A stretch of DNA of 64,000 bases from Candidatus Latescibacterota bacterium (GTDB lineage Bacteria > Latescibacterota > UBA2968 > UBA8231): positions 3,616,001-3,680,000 of the forward strand of contig OY730476.1 in assembly GCA_963422735.1 (NCBI GenBank). Direction: 5' to 3'. The notes under the pieces are model-generated. The model had not been told where the DNA came from, did not search any database, and was given only the letters and a program-made list of their open reading frames with translations. A program made the position numbers and the translations under genes. The first letter of the stretch is position 1. Each line of letters opens with the position of its first letter. Below, piece by piece: positions 42,373 to 51,867 of the stretch.

Positions 42373-43187
42373 TGCAGATCGATCGCCGCATCATCTTCGC
42401 GTTGGTTTTTATCGGGGTGGCCGTGCCGCTATTGGCCGGGAAGCATCTGCCGATCACGCCGACCCGGGAAGTGGAGGCCGTGTACGAACAGCTCGAAAAG
42501 CACGCTGCCGGGCAAGTGGTGCTGGTCTCCTTTTCGTACGGTGCCAGCACGGCCCCGGAGATGCAGCCCATGGCGCGGGCCGTGTTGCGCCACGCCTTCC
42601 GCCGAGACCTCAAGGTGGTTGCCATTTGCCTGTGGCCGGAAGCGACCGGCTTGGCCCAAGAGGTGCTCGACGAGATGGCGGCTGAATTCGACTTGAGGTA
42701 CGGGGTGGATTACGCCTTTATGGGCTATAAGCCCGGGACCTCTAGCGTCATCCTCAACATGGGGCACGACGTACACGGGGCGTTCCCGGAGGACAATTGG
42801 GGTGCGGAGATCGGGGAGTTGGAACTGACGCGGCGATTGCACTCGCTGAGCGACTTCGATCTCGTCTTTGACTTAGGGGCCGGGGATTCGATTGAGTATT
42901 GGTGGATACCCTACGGGCAGGAGAAGTACGGCTTCCCCTTTGTCGCCGGCTGCACGGCGGTGATGGCCCCAGACCTCTACCCGTTTTTTAATTCCGGCCA
43001 ACTCGTCGGCCTGCTCGGGGGCTTGGCCGGTGCCGCCGAATACGAGACTCTGATCGGCCGCCCGGACAAGGCCAACAAGGGCATGTTCGCCCAGTCGGTG
43101 ACGCACTTGATCATTGTCGCTTTCGTGATTTTTGGCAATATCGCTTACTTCGCCAGTCGTCGGGACCGATCGCAGCAGGGGGTCTAA
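42369..43187 (+). CDS. Uncharacterised membrane-anchored protein with a large extracytoplasmic domain
   Basis: GTGA overlap; N- and C-terminal TM; 'YGVDY..MGY.PG', 'GCTAVMAP..YP...SGQL.G...GL.GAAEYE'. Confidence 0.8.
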   Translation: MMQIDRRIIFALVFIGVAVPLLAGKHLPITPTREVEAVYEQLEKHAAGQVVLVSFSYGASTAPEMQPMARAVLRHAFRRDLKVVAICLWPEATGLAQEVLDEMAAEFDLRYGVDYAFMGYKPGTSSVILNMGHDVHGAFPEDNWGAEIGELELTRRLHSLSDFDLVFDLGAGDSIEYWWIPYGQEKYGFPFVAGCTAVMAPDLYPFFNSGQLVGLLGGLAGAAEYETLIGRPDKANKGMFAQSVTHLIIVAFVIFGNIAYFASRRDRSQQGV

Positions 43188-43190
43188 GCC

Positions 43191-43904
43191 GTGCGCGATA
43201 CCTATGTCTTTCTAGGCTTTCTCTTGCTGTTTGTCGCTGTCAATATCGGCTTAGTAGTCAACGGTACCTTGGCGGCGGACTGGACGGGCTTGGGCATCAT
43301 CACGGCGGCGGGGATGACCTTGGCACTCTATAGCTTCCTCTACAAGGACAACCCGCTTTTCAAGTTTGCCGAGCACATCTTCGTCGGCGTGGCAGCAGCC
43401 TACATATTCGGCCAGAACTGGTACCCGACGATCTACGGCGAGATTATCGCCGAATGGACCAACCCAGGGGAAGGGGAGACGCCCGATTGGTGGCTTTTGG
43501 CCCCAACGGTGCTCGGGCTCTTGATGTTGACGCGCTTTTCGCTGCGCTTTGGTTGGCTCAGCCGCTATGCTTTTGCATTTTTTGTCGGGCTCGGGGCCGG
43601 CCTGACGATTCCCCGCTATATTTCTTCCTTTATTTTGGCCCAAGTTGAGCCTACATTACAACCACTGACTTGGAGCTGGGACGGGCTCAATTTGCTGATC
43701 GTCTTGGTAGGGGTCGTCGGGGTATTGGTTTATTTCTTCTTTTCTGTCGAGCACACCGGCGCGGCGGGCCACATCTCCAAGGTGGGGATATGGTTTTTGA
43801 TGGTCTCGTTTGGGGCTTCATTTGGTTATACCATTATGGCGAGGATCTCGCTATTGATCGGGCGCGTGACCTTTCTCTTAGAAGATTGGTTGCACCTGAT
43901 GTGA
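43191..43904 (+). CDS. Uncharacterised polytopic membrane protein
   Basis: About 7 TM; 'TLALYSFLYKDNPLFKFAEHIFVG', 'YFFFS.EH.G', 'M.SFGA.FGYT.M.R.SLL..R'. Confidence 0.8.
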   Translation: MRDTYVFLGFLLLFVAVNIGLVVNGTLAADWTGLGIITAAGMTLALYSFLYKDNPLFKFAEHIFVGVAAAYIFGQNWYPTIYGEIIAEWTNPGEGETPDWWLLAPTVLGLLMLTRFSLRFGWLSRYAFAFFVGLGAGLTIPRYISSFILAQVEPTLQPLTWSWDGLNLLIVLVGVVGVLVYFFFSVEHTGAAGHISKVGIWFLMVSFGASFGYTIMARISLLIGRVTFLLEDWLHLM

Positions 43905-43945
43905 AGCGGTATTGAGAACTACCCTATATATATAAGGAGGGATAT

Positions 43946-46900
43946 ATGACCAAGTTTGCAGGCGTTTTTCGCGCCCTGACCGCACTTGGCTTCTTGCTCG
44001 CGCTGAGCTTGGCTCCGGCCGAGGCCAGCACAGGCGGCAAAATCGCCGGTGTCGTCAAGGATGCCACTACCGGGAATGGGTTGCCCCATGCCAATGTCGT
44101 GGTGGTGGATACCAAACTGGGGACTACGGCGGACGAAAAGGGCCGCTTTTTTATTCTCAACGTGCCGGCGGGCACCTATACCCTCAAGGCCACGTATATC
44201 GGCTACGCGGATTATACTGTCGAGGATGTGCGGGTCTCCGCCGACCTGACCACGAATCTCGACATCGACCTGACTTCTTCGGATATCCAGGTCGAGGAGG
44301 TGATAATCCGCGCCGAGCGGCCGATCATCGACAAAAACGCCACCAACGCGGTGCGCATTGTCGGGGCCGAGGACATAGAGATACTGCCGTTCAGAGGCGT
44401 CAGCCAAGTTCTGTCCCTGCAGGCCGGCGTGGTTGATGACGAGGGTGCTTTGCACATCCGCGGCTCTCGCAGCGACGAAATTGGCTATTACGTTGATGGG
44501 GCCAGCGTCCGCAACGTAATCACCGGCAGCAGTGCTGTGGGCCTGATCGACGAAGCCCTAGAGGAAATTCAGCTACAGGCCGGCGGCTTCAACGCCGAGT
44601 ACGGCGGGGCCAACGCCGGCATCGTCTTGCAGGAACTGCGCACCGGGGGCGGCGATTGGGATTTCAAGGTCGTTGCTGAGTCGGACAATTTCACTTCCGA
44701 CTTTGAGGAGCGCTTCGGCACGTACTCCTATGGCTATTCCAACCAAGTGATAACGGCCGGCGGCCCGGTTGCGGGCAAACAAAATATCCGTGCCTTTCTC
44801 GCCGGTCAGCGGTGGAGCCGGGACTACCGACCGACCTTCTGGTCGGGGTTCGAATTCGAGAATCTGGTCGATACGGGCAACCGCCAGGGCCGCGTACATT
44901 GGGCCGAGGACGAGGAAGGCAATCCCATCCCAGACACGGTCGAGCGGCTGGAGGTCAAACCGGGCAATATCCCGCACACTGGCAGCCAGTTTCTCGACTT
45001 CAACGGCACCCTGCACTTCAACTACAATCCCATCCAGTTTCGGGTCACGGGCCTGCACTCCACCGGGGACCGAGAACTCAACATCAACCCCATCAAAAAC
45101 ATCCTCAACCAAAAGCGCCTCAACGAGAGGACGCAATCTTCGAGTTTGGTCAACTTAAAGGCCATCCACCTGCTCGACCCGAGCATGTTCTACGAGATGA
45201 ACGTCAGCCTCTACAATCAGGGGCGCGAGAGTTTCGACGGGGTTTTCAAAGATCGATGGTGGGTTTACAACGACAGCGTGGCCGTGCAGCGCGCCTTGGA
45301 AGGCGGCCCGGAGTACACCCCCTATACGACCAACGGCTCGCTGCCCGAGCCTTACGACTTGAGCGGATTTCCGTTCAACCGCCCGGGTTCGCCTACCAAC
45401 TCTGCGTCGGGGAACAGCACCGGTGCTTGGTACACCAAGGAACAAGACCGCTATTGGGGCTTGGCTGGCAGCATTACCAAGCAGACCGAGGTCCACCAAC
45501 TCAAGGCTGGTTTTGATTATCAGATGTGGACGTCGCGCCGCTACTCCATTTTCAGCCGATCGATTCGCTTGGGGATCAAAGCGAGGTACCCCAAGCTAGA
45601 CGAAGTGTACCAGCGGTACTACCGCGACGAGCTCGCCGAGGGCGAGATCCTCGACGAGCTGATCGAGCTCGCCGAGGGCCTGCCTGATGGCGAAGGCAGC
45701 CTAGAAGACCTCGAGAGATTCCTCCGCACCACCAGTGCCGGCGACTTCTATGGCTACGACGAATTCGGTCGCTCCATTGACTCGTCCGACGACCCGCTGC
45801 AAGACCCGCGCAAGCCCGTAGTCGGCTCAGCCTACATCCAGGACAAGATCGAATACAACGATCTGATCATCAACGCCGGGTTGCGCTTGGATTACTTTGA
45901 TGCGGCGAGCTGGCGCTTTGTCGATCAGGCCGCTCCGGTGTTAGACGACAAGGCGGCGACCGTGGTGATCGCCGACGAGAAAGGCACCTACATGGAGAAG
46001 ACGCCGGCATACACGGAGATCAGCCCGCGGCTGGGGTTCTCGTTCCCGGTGTCGGACCTGACGGTCTTCCACGTGCAGTACGGGCGCTTCTCGCAGATGC
46101 CGCGGATGCGCGACATGTACACTGGCGGGGCGCGGCTGGAACTCGAATTGGGCGGGCAAAACTTCATCCCTACGCCCACAGCCTTTGACGTCGAGCCGGT
46201 GCGCACGACCCAGTACGAGATCGGCTTTGAGCGTCAGTTCGCCGATTTTGCCTCGTTCGACGTGACCAGTTTTTATCGCGACATCAAGGGTCAGCTCCAG
46301 ATCCGGCGCCAAGATGTGTCGGCCAACGCGGTGAAAGCCGGCTCGTTCACTTACTTGCAGAACGGCGATTTCGCCACGACCAAGGGCATTGAGTTCCAGT
46401 TCAAGGTGCGGCGGATCAACCGCTTGCAAGCCGAGTTGAACTACACCCTGTCCGACGCCCGCGGCACCGGTTCGACCCTGACATCGGCGCAGTCGGGCGT
46501 GGAGAACGACACCGACGTGCCGACGATCATCTCCCCGCTCGACTTCAACCAGACGCACCGCGGCTCCCTGTTTTTGGACTACCGTTTTGCCGACAACGAG
46601 GCGAACTCCTTCCTCCGCAGCTTGGGGGCCAACCTGCTGGCACGCTTTACCAGCGGCTACAACTTTACACTCGTGGAGGGTTCCATCGGCCAGCGGGGGC
46701 CGGAAGAAGGCGGCATCCTCGCCAGCGACGACCCACGCTCGCGCAAGCCGGTTGAGTCCATCAACCGCTCTTCGACGCCGTGGACCTTCCAGACCAACCT
46801 GCGGGTTGACAAGGGCTTTTCGCTGATGGGGGTCAATGCGCGGATTTACACGTACGTGCAGAACTTGTTCAACCGCCAGAACGTAATTAACGTGTATGGC

Positions 46901-47104
46901 CGAACCGGCAACGACAAGGACGACGGCTTTTTGACGAACCCGGATATGAGCCAGCAGATTGTCGAGGCCAGCGGCGGCTTGCAGTACCAGCATCTCTACG
47001 AGGCGATCAACTTGCTCAACCGCCAGCACTACTGGTCCACCGAAGGCGGCGACATTTACGACATCCCGCGGCAGATACGTTTCGGGCTACAATTCGACTT
47101 CTAG
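43946..47104 (+). CDS. TonB-dependent receptor with N-terminal carboxypeptidase-regulatory-like domain
   Basis: GKIAG.V.D..TG..LP.ANV; plug HIRGSRS.E..YYVDG, GGFNAEYG; SPRLGFSFP; NLFN; C-terminal PRQIRFGLQFDF; SD AAGGAGG. Confidence 0.93.
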   Translation: MTKFAGVFRALTALGFLLALSLAPAEASTGGKIAGVVKDATTGNGLPHANVVVVDTKLGTTADEKGRFFILNVPAGTYTLKATYIGYADYTVEDVRVSADLTTNLDIDLTSSDIQVEEVIIRAERPIIDKNATNAVRIVGAEDIEILPFRGVSQVLSLQAGVVDDEGALHIRGSRSDEIGYYVDGASVRNVITGSSAVGLIDEALEEIQLQAGGFNAEYGGANAGIVLQELRTGGGDWDFKVVAESDNFTSDFEERFGTYSYGYSNQVITAGGPVAGKQNIRAFLAGQRWSRDYRPTFWSGFEFENLVDTGNRQGRVHWAEDEEGNPIPDTVERLEVKPGNIPHTGSQFLDFNGTLHFNYNPIQFRVTGLHSTGDRELNINPIKNILNQKRLNERTQSSSLVNLKAIHLLDPSMFYEMNVSLYNQGRESFDGVFKDRWWVYNDSVAVQRALEGGPEYTPYTTNGSLPEPYDLSGFPFNRPGSPTNSASGNSTGAWYTKEQDRYWGLAGSITKQTEVHQLKAGFDYQMWTSRRYSIFSRSIRLGIKARYPKLDEVYQRYYRDELAEGEILDELIELAEGLPDGEGSLEDLERFLRTTSAGDFYGYDEFGRSIDSSDDPLQDPRKPVVGSAYIQDKIEYNDLIINAGLRLDYFDAASWRFVDQAAPVLDDKAATVVIADEKGTYMEKTPAYTEISPRLGFSFPVSDLTVFHVQYGRFSQMPRMRDMYTGGARLELELGGQNFIPTPTAFDVEPVRTTQYEIGFERQFADFASFDVTSFYRDIKGQLQIRRQDVSANAVKAGSFTYLQNGDFATTKGIEFQFKVRRINRLQAELNYTLSDARGTGSTLTSAQSGVENDTDVPTIISPLDFNQTHRGSLFLDYRFADNEANSFLRSLGANLLARFTSGYNFTLVEGSIGQRGPEEGGILASDDPRSRKPVESINRSSTPWTFQTNLRVDKGFSLMGVNARIYTYVQNLFNRQNVINVYGRTGNDKDDGFLTNPDMSQQIVEASGGLQYQHLYEAINLLNRQHYWSTEGGDIYDIPRQIRFGLQFDF

Positions 47105-47126
47105 CCGGTTAACAAGCGAGGACACC

Positions 47127-50100
47127 ATGAGAAAACTCATTTTTACAATGGCAGCGGTGATCGGGCTGGGAGCTGGCCCGGGGGAAGCACGCGAGACGCT
47201 CTACGGCCGTGCGGGCAAGATCCTCCAAGACGAAGACGTCGTCGTCTCGACTGAGTGGACGATGCTCAACATCAGCAACATGGCCATGTGGATCCAGAGC
47301 GATGGCGAGTCGGCTAACAACCCGATCAATGGCAACTCAGGAGTGACTTTTCCGCGCTCGATCGATCAAGTCATTTACCAAGATGGCCTGATTTGGGGCG
47401 GGCGGGTCCTCGACGGCAACGACCAAGTGCTGCGCGTTGGCGGCCAGACTTATGCCGTTGGCACGGTCCCGGGCGTCATTGAGTCGAAGGGCGTGGCTCA
47501 AGATAGCGATACGGCGCGTCTGTACCGAATTCGCCGCGACTATGCGACCGCTGATTTGCGGCTCGACGCTTCCGAGGTCCTCAACAAGGGCCTGAGCGAA
47601 GTCACCGTCGCCGATGAGGAGGCCGTGCGCACCCAATACGAGCGCGACTGGATGGAGTGGCCAGCCGAGTTGGGCGCACCCTTTTACGACAACGACGGAG
47701 ACGGGCGGTACGACCCCGCGATCGACGAGCCGGGGCTGGCCAGTGCCGACCAAGTGATCTGGTTCGCAATCAACGACTTGGATCAAGGGTCTGTCGCCAG
47801 CCTCTACGGCTCTCTGCCCATTGGCATGGAGACGCAGGTTACGCTGTGGGGCTACGCCCGCACCGACGCGCTGGGCGACGCGATTTTCAAGAAGTACAAG
47901 ATTATTTACAAGGGCACCGAGAGTACGCCGGATACGGCGCGCGTTGAGGACATGTACTTGGCCCAATGGTCAGATCCCGATTTGGGTGACTTTGGCGACG
48001 ACTTTGCCGGGGCCGACATCGACCTGAGTTTGGGCTACGTGTACAACTCGATCGAGGAAGATTCGCACTATGCGCCGTTAGGCTTGGCGCCACCGGCGGC
48101 GGGCTACGACTTTTTGCAAGGCCCGATCGTGCCGGTGTACCAGCTCGACGAAGAGGGGGCGATTGCCGTGGATGAAGAGGGCAACCCGCTGCTCGACGAG
48201 AGCGCGGTGGCGATCTTCAACGACGGCTTTAGGCCCGGCTACAAGAACTTGCCGATGACCGCTTTCGTGTACTTCGCGGCTGGTTCGTCGATCTCCGACC
48301 CGGACTTGGAGGAGTACAGCGGGACCTTACAGTGGTACAACTTGTTGCAAGGCTTCCAGCCGCAGGCCGACATTGATAACCCGGTACCGTACACCAATCC
48401 GCTGACCAACGAGGACACCAAGTTCACGCTCGACGGCGACCCAACGCGGGCCACCGGCTGGAACGACGGGGTGCCGCTGCCGGCCGGCGACCGGCGCATA
48501 GTAATGGCGACCGGCCCGTTTGAAATGGCGTTGGGCGATACTCAGGAAGTGGTAGTCGCGCTCTTGGGCGCGATCAGTACGGACCGCTTGCGCAGCGTCT
48601 CCAAACTCAAGTTCACCGACCAGTTCGTGCAGGACGCTTACAACAGCTTCTTTCAGGTGCCCAAGCCGCCGGCCCAGCCCAATGTCCGCTTGGTCGAGCT
48701 CGACAAAACAATCCTCTTGGACTGGGGCTGGGACGACGATTCGATTCAGGCCACCGAAGGCGAGGGTTCGCCCGGCTTTGACTTTGAAGGCTATAACCTC
48801 TATCAGTTGCCCTCGGCCGAAGCCACGCTCTCTCAAGGGGTCAAGGTGGCGACCTTTGACATCGAAAATGGCGTGACCACGATCTTGGGCATTGACCTCG
48901 ACGAGGCATCGGGCGTGGTGCTCGATGTGCCCCGGCAGATTGGCACTGACTTCGGAATCAAGCGCAATATCAAGATCACCCGGGACTACATCCGCAGTGG
49001 TCCGCTGGTCAACGGCCAGCGGTACTACTTCACGGTGACGGCTTACAACCGCGCCACCTCCGAAGAAGCCGCTATCACTGCGCTGGAGAGTGCGTCGCAG
49101 AACATAGTTTGCGTACCGCAGGAGCCGCCGCCGGGCATCCGCTATCTGAGCAAGCCTGGCGATGTGATTAGCGGTCAGCATGTCGCCGGCGCCAGCGACG
49201 GAACGGTCTCAGTCTCTGTGGTTGATCCGACGAGTACCACCGGTCACGACTACGCAGTCGAATACACCACCGACGCCGACGGCAATACGGTCTGGAATCT
49301 GGTTGATAAGACTAGCGGTCAGACTCTGTTGGCCGACCAGACCGATCAGGCCGGCACGGCCTTCTACGTCGGCTCCGCCGGCATTGAGGTCGCCGTCTCC
49401 GGTCCACCCGCTGGCATGAAGAGTTGGGCTGGTCCGGCGATGCCGTTCGAGGCTTGGAAGGCTTCGCCCGAGGCGGTCGACTTGACGGGCGACGGCCAGA
49501 TCAATGCCGCTGACTTTGCCCAAGCCGTCGATCATGCCAGCGACACTCGCTGGTTCACTTGGGCCGGCGGCTCGGAAGGTTGGGGGGCCGAGGGCTTCCA
49601 AGGCGCGATGACCGGCGATCCCAACCACCAGTGGTTCGCGCCGACGACGGTGCCGTCGGACAGGTTGCGCACGGTGGAGTTGCGGTTTACCGACGTCATC
49701 GAGGAGGATGGAGAAGACCAATACAAACCGGTGGACCTCAACAACGAGAACGTGTCGTGGGCCTATCGCTACCTGCGCGGTGCCGGAGGGGAGCCGCCGC
49801 CGCCCGAGGATCTGACGACGACGCAGAATCCTTGGGACTTCGGCAAGTACATTATCAATACCGAAGGCCCGGGCGTCTATGTCTATCAGGAACGCAATCC
49901 GATCGCGCTTTCAGCTTGGGACATCGAGAGCGATCCGCCGCGTCGCTTGGAAGTGGCCTTCCTCGAAAACAACCAGCCCGGCGGTCTAGTCAACGGCGTC
50001 TATGGTCCACCTTGGTACAACGTGGCGAGCAATGTCGCCAGTTCAGGGCCGCGCGAGTGGCTGTTCATCTTTGACCTCGACTACACCGAGCCGAACCAAG

Positions 50101-50648
50101 GCGAGAACAGCGACATCTTGTTGCGGAACGGTTTGATCTACGATGGGACAGAAGGAGAAGAACACCTGCCCTTCATGTGGATCATTTTCTCCGAGCGCCG
50201 ACGTGAGGATGACTTCCCATCGGATGGCGATTCCTTCCTGCTGGTCGCCAACCACGTCAACACCCCAGCCGACCGCTTCTCATTTACGGTTCAGGGGTCG
50301 GAAAGCAACGACGCTTACCTAGCCGAGGACATCGAGAAGATCAACGTCTTCCCCAATCCCTACCTCGGCGTCAACGAAGCGGAGACCAGCCGTTACAGCC
50401 ACTTCGTGACCTTCAGCCACCTGCCGCCCAAGGCGAATGTTCACATCTTCGACATGAGCGGTACGCTGGTGCGCACGATTGAGAAGGACGACCCCTCGCA
50501 GTTCATGCGCTGGGACCTGCAAAACCACAATGAGCTACCGGTGGCCAGCGGCATGTACATTGCCCATATCGAGCTGCCGGGGACCGGCATGAGCCGCGTC
50601 CTCAAGCTGGCCGTCATCCAGGAGGAGCAGTTCCTAGAAAACTTCTGA
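47127..50648 (+). CDS. Large acidic secreted/surface protein with C-terminal T9SS-CTD/FlgD-Ig-like domain
   Basis: Signal peptide MRKLIF...GEA; FN3-like 'FEGYNLY...NGQRYYFTVTAY'; tail 'INVFPNPY...IFDMSGTLVRTI...WDL.N.....VASGMYI...KLAVI'. Confidence 0.85.
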   Translation: MRKLIFTMAAVIGLGAGPGEARETLYGRAGKILQDEDVVVSTEWTMLNISNMAMWIQSDGESANNPINGNSGVTFPRSIDQVIYQDGLIWGGRVLDGNDQVLRVGGQTYAVGTVPGVIESKGVAQDSDTARLYRIRRDYATADLRLDASEVLNKGLSEVTVADEEAVRTQYERDWMEWPAELGAPFYDNDGDGRYDPAIDEPGLASADQVIWFAINDLDQGSVASLYGSLPIGMETQVTLWGYARTDALGDAIFKKYKIIYKGTESTPDTARVEDMYLAQWSDPDLGDFGDDFAGADIDLSLGYVYNSIEEDSHYAPLGLAPPAAGYDFLQGPIVPVYQLDEEGAIAVDEEGNPLLDESAVAIFNDGFRPGYKNLPMTAFVYFAAGSSISDPDLEEYSGTLQWYNLLQGFQPQADIDNPVPYTNPLTNEDTKFTLDGDPTRATGWNDGVPLPAGDRRIVMATGPFEMALGDTQEVVVALLGAISTDRLRSVSKLKFTDQFVQDAYNSFFQVPKPPAQPNVRLVELDKTILLDWGWDDDSIQATEGEGSPGFDFEGYNLYQLPSAEATLSQGVKVATFDIENGVTTILGIDLDEASGVVLDVPRQIGTDFGIKRNIKITRDYIRSGPLVNGQRYYFTVTAYNRATSEEAAITALESASQNIVCVPQEPPPGIRYLSKPGDVISGQHVAGASDGTVSVSVVDPTSTTGHDYAVEYTTDADGNTVWNLVDKTSGQTLLADQTDQAGTAFYVGSAGIEVAVSGPPAGMKSWAGPAMPFEAWKASPEAVDLTGDGQINAADFAQAVDHASDTRWFTWAGGSEGWGAEGFQGAMTGDPNHQWFAPTTVPSDRLRTVELRFTDVIEEDGEDQYKPVDLNNENVSWAYRYLRGAGGEPPPPEDLTTTQNPWDFGKYIINTEGPGVYVYQERNPIALSAWDIESDPPRRLEVAFLENNQPGGLVNGVYGPPWYNVASNVASSGPREWLFIFDLDYTEPNQGENSDILLRNGLIYDGTEGEEHLPFMWIIFSERRREDDFPSDGDSFLLVANHVNTPADRFSFTVQGSESNDAYLAEDIEKINVFPNPYLGVNEAETSRYSHFVTFSHLPPKANVHIFDMSGTLVRTIEKDDPSQFMRWDLQNHNELPVASGMYIAHIELPGTGMSRVLKLAVIQEEQFLENF

Positions 50649-50685
50649 GTGAGGCCGCCCGCTCATAGAAACAGGAGACCATTCC

Positions 50686-51714
50686 ATGCTTCGACACAAG
50701 CTTTGCAGCACGGCGATTCTGCTGGCATTAGGTGCCGGCGCAGCATACGCCGACGGCCAAGACCGCGCCGGTACGGCCGCCGCCCCGGAACTACTGATTC
50801 CGGTCGGTGCCCGCGACATGGCCTTAGGCGGTGCTGCGATCGCCACCAGTTCTGGGCTAGAATCCCTGCACTGGAATCCAGCGGGTTTGCCCAAGGACGA
50901 TTCCAGCGCGAGCGCGATGTTCTCGACGATGTCCTATCTGGCGGACATGCGGATCAACTACCTCGCCACCGGGGCCGACTTTGACCGGGTCGGCTCGCTG
51001 GCCTTCGACATCAAGGCGCTGAGCTTCGGCGAAATCCCAGTGACGACCGAGGCCAATCCCGACGGCACGGGCGCAACCTTTTCGCCGACCTTTTTCACTT
51101 TGGGCCTGACCTATGCCAAGGAGCTAACCGACCGCATCGCCGTTGGTTTCACCAGCCACTACATAGTCAACCGCATCGTCCGGGTTGAGGCCACGGCCGC
51201 CTCGTTAAGCGCCGGCCTGCAATACGCCAATTTGGGCGGCATCAGCGGCTTGGACCTAGGGGTGGTGCTCAAGCACATCGGCACGCAGATGCAGTTTGAA
51301 GGCTCCGGCCTGTTGCGCCGCGGCCAGATCAGTGGCTTGCGCCGCGGAGACTCCAACTACAACGTGCAAGCCGCTTCGGCGGCCCTGCCCTCGACCTTTG
51401 AGATCGGCTTGGGCTACCGCTACGCGCCTTCTAATGCGGGCGAGCTCAATCTGTCCTCGGTCTTCCGGCACAACAATTTCGCCTACGACCAGTACCGATT
51501 GGGCGCCGAGTATCTGTTGAGCAATTTCTTCGCCCTACGCGTTGGCTTTGACTACGCGCCCAGCTCAACCGACGACTACATCTACGGCACCAGCTTCGGC
51601 TTCGGTCTGAATCTAGATGCCGGGACGTTCAAGGATTTGCGCGTTGATTACGCGTACACTACGGTCGAGTATTTCGACGCGCTCAATACCTTTACCTTCC
51701 AGTTTGGTTTCTGA
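50686..51714 (+). CDS. PorV/PorQ-family (FadL-like) outer-membrane beta-barrel
   Basis: 'L.IPVGAR..ALGGA......HWNPAGL', G.EY, LRVG, DYAY, terminal F. Confidence 0.85.
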   Translation: MLRHKLCSTAILLALGAGAAYADGQDRAGTAAAPELLIPVGARDMALGGAAIATSSGLESLHWNPAGLPKDDSSASAMFSTMSYLADMRINYLATGADFDRVGSLAFDIKALSFGEIPVTTEANPDGTGATFSPTFFTLGLTYAKELTDRIAVGFTSHYIVNRIVRVEATAASLSAGLQYANLGGISGLDLGVVLKHIGTQMQFEGSGLLRRGQISGLRRGDSNYNVQAASAALPSTFEIGLGYRYAPSNAGELNLSSVFRHNNFAYDQYRLGAEYLLSNFFALRVGFDYAPSSTDDYIYGTSFGFGLNLDAGTFKDLRVDYAYTTVEYFDALNTFTFQFGF

Positions 51715-51717
51715 AAT

Positions 51718-51784
51718 TTAGTGGTTAGTGGTCCGGCTACTCTCGGGGCGACGGGGAAGGGACAGACCACTAACCACTAACCAC
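51718..51784. repeat. Inverted repeat built from heptamer tandem repeats (TAGTGGT/ACCACTA)
   Basis: TTAGTGGTTAGTGGTC (51718-51733) and GACCACTAACCACTAA (51765-51780) are perfect 16-nt reverse complements around a 31-nt spacer. Confidence 0.85.
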
Positions 51785-51867
51785 GCATGGCCCGGTTCTT
51801 TTTTTCGCCTCTCTTTCCGTCGTTCAAATGGGCGACGCAAGATGGCGGTCTCCAAAGGATATTTTTT

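Noticed and set aside
51718-51784. Possible CRISPR array or IS end
   Set aside because: Only 7-nt units in one inverted pair; no repeat-spacer series, cas gene or transposase
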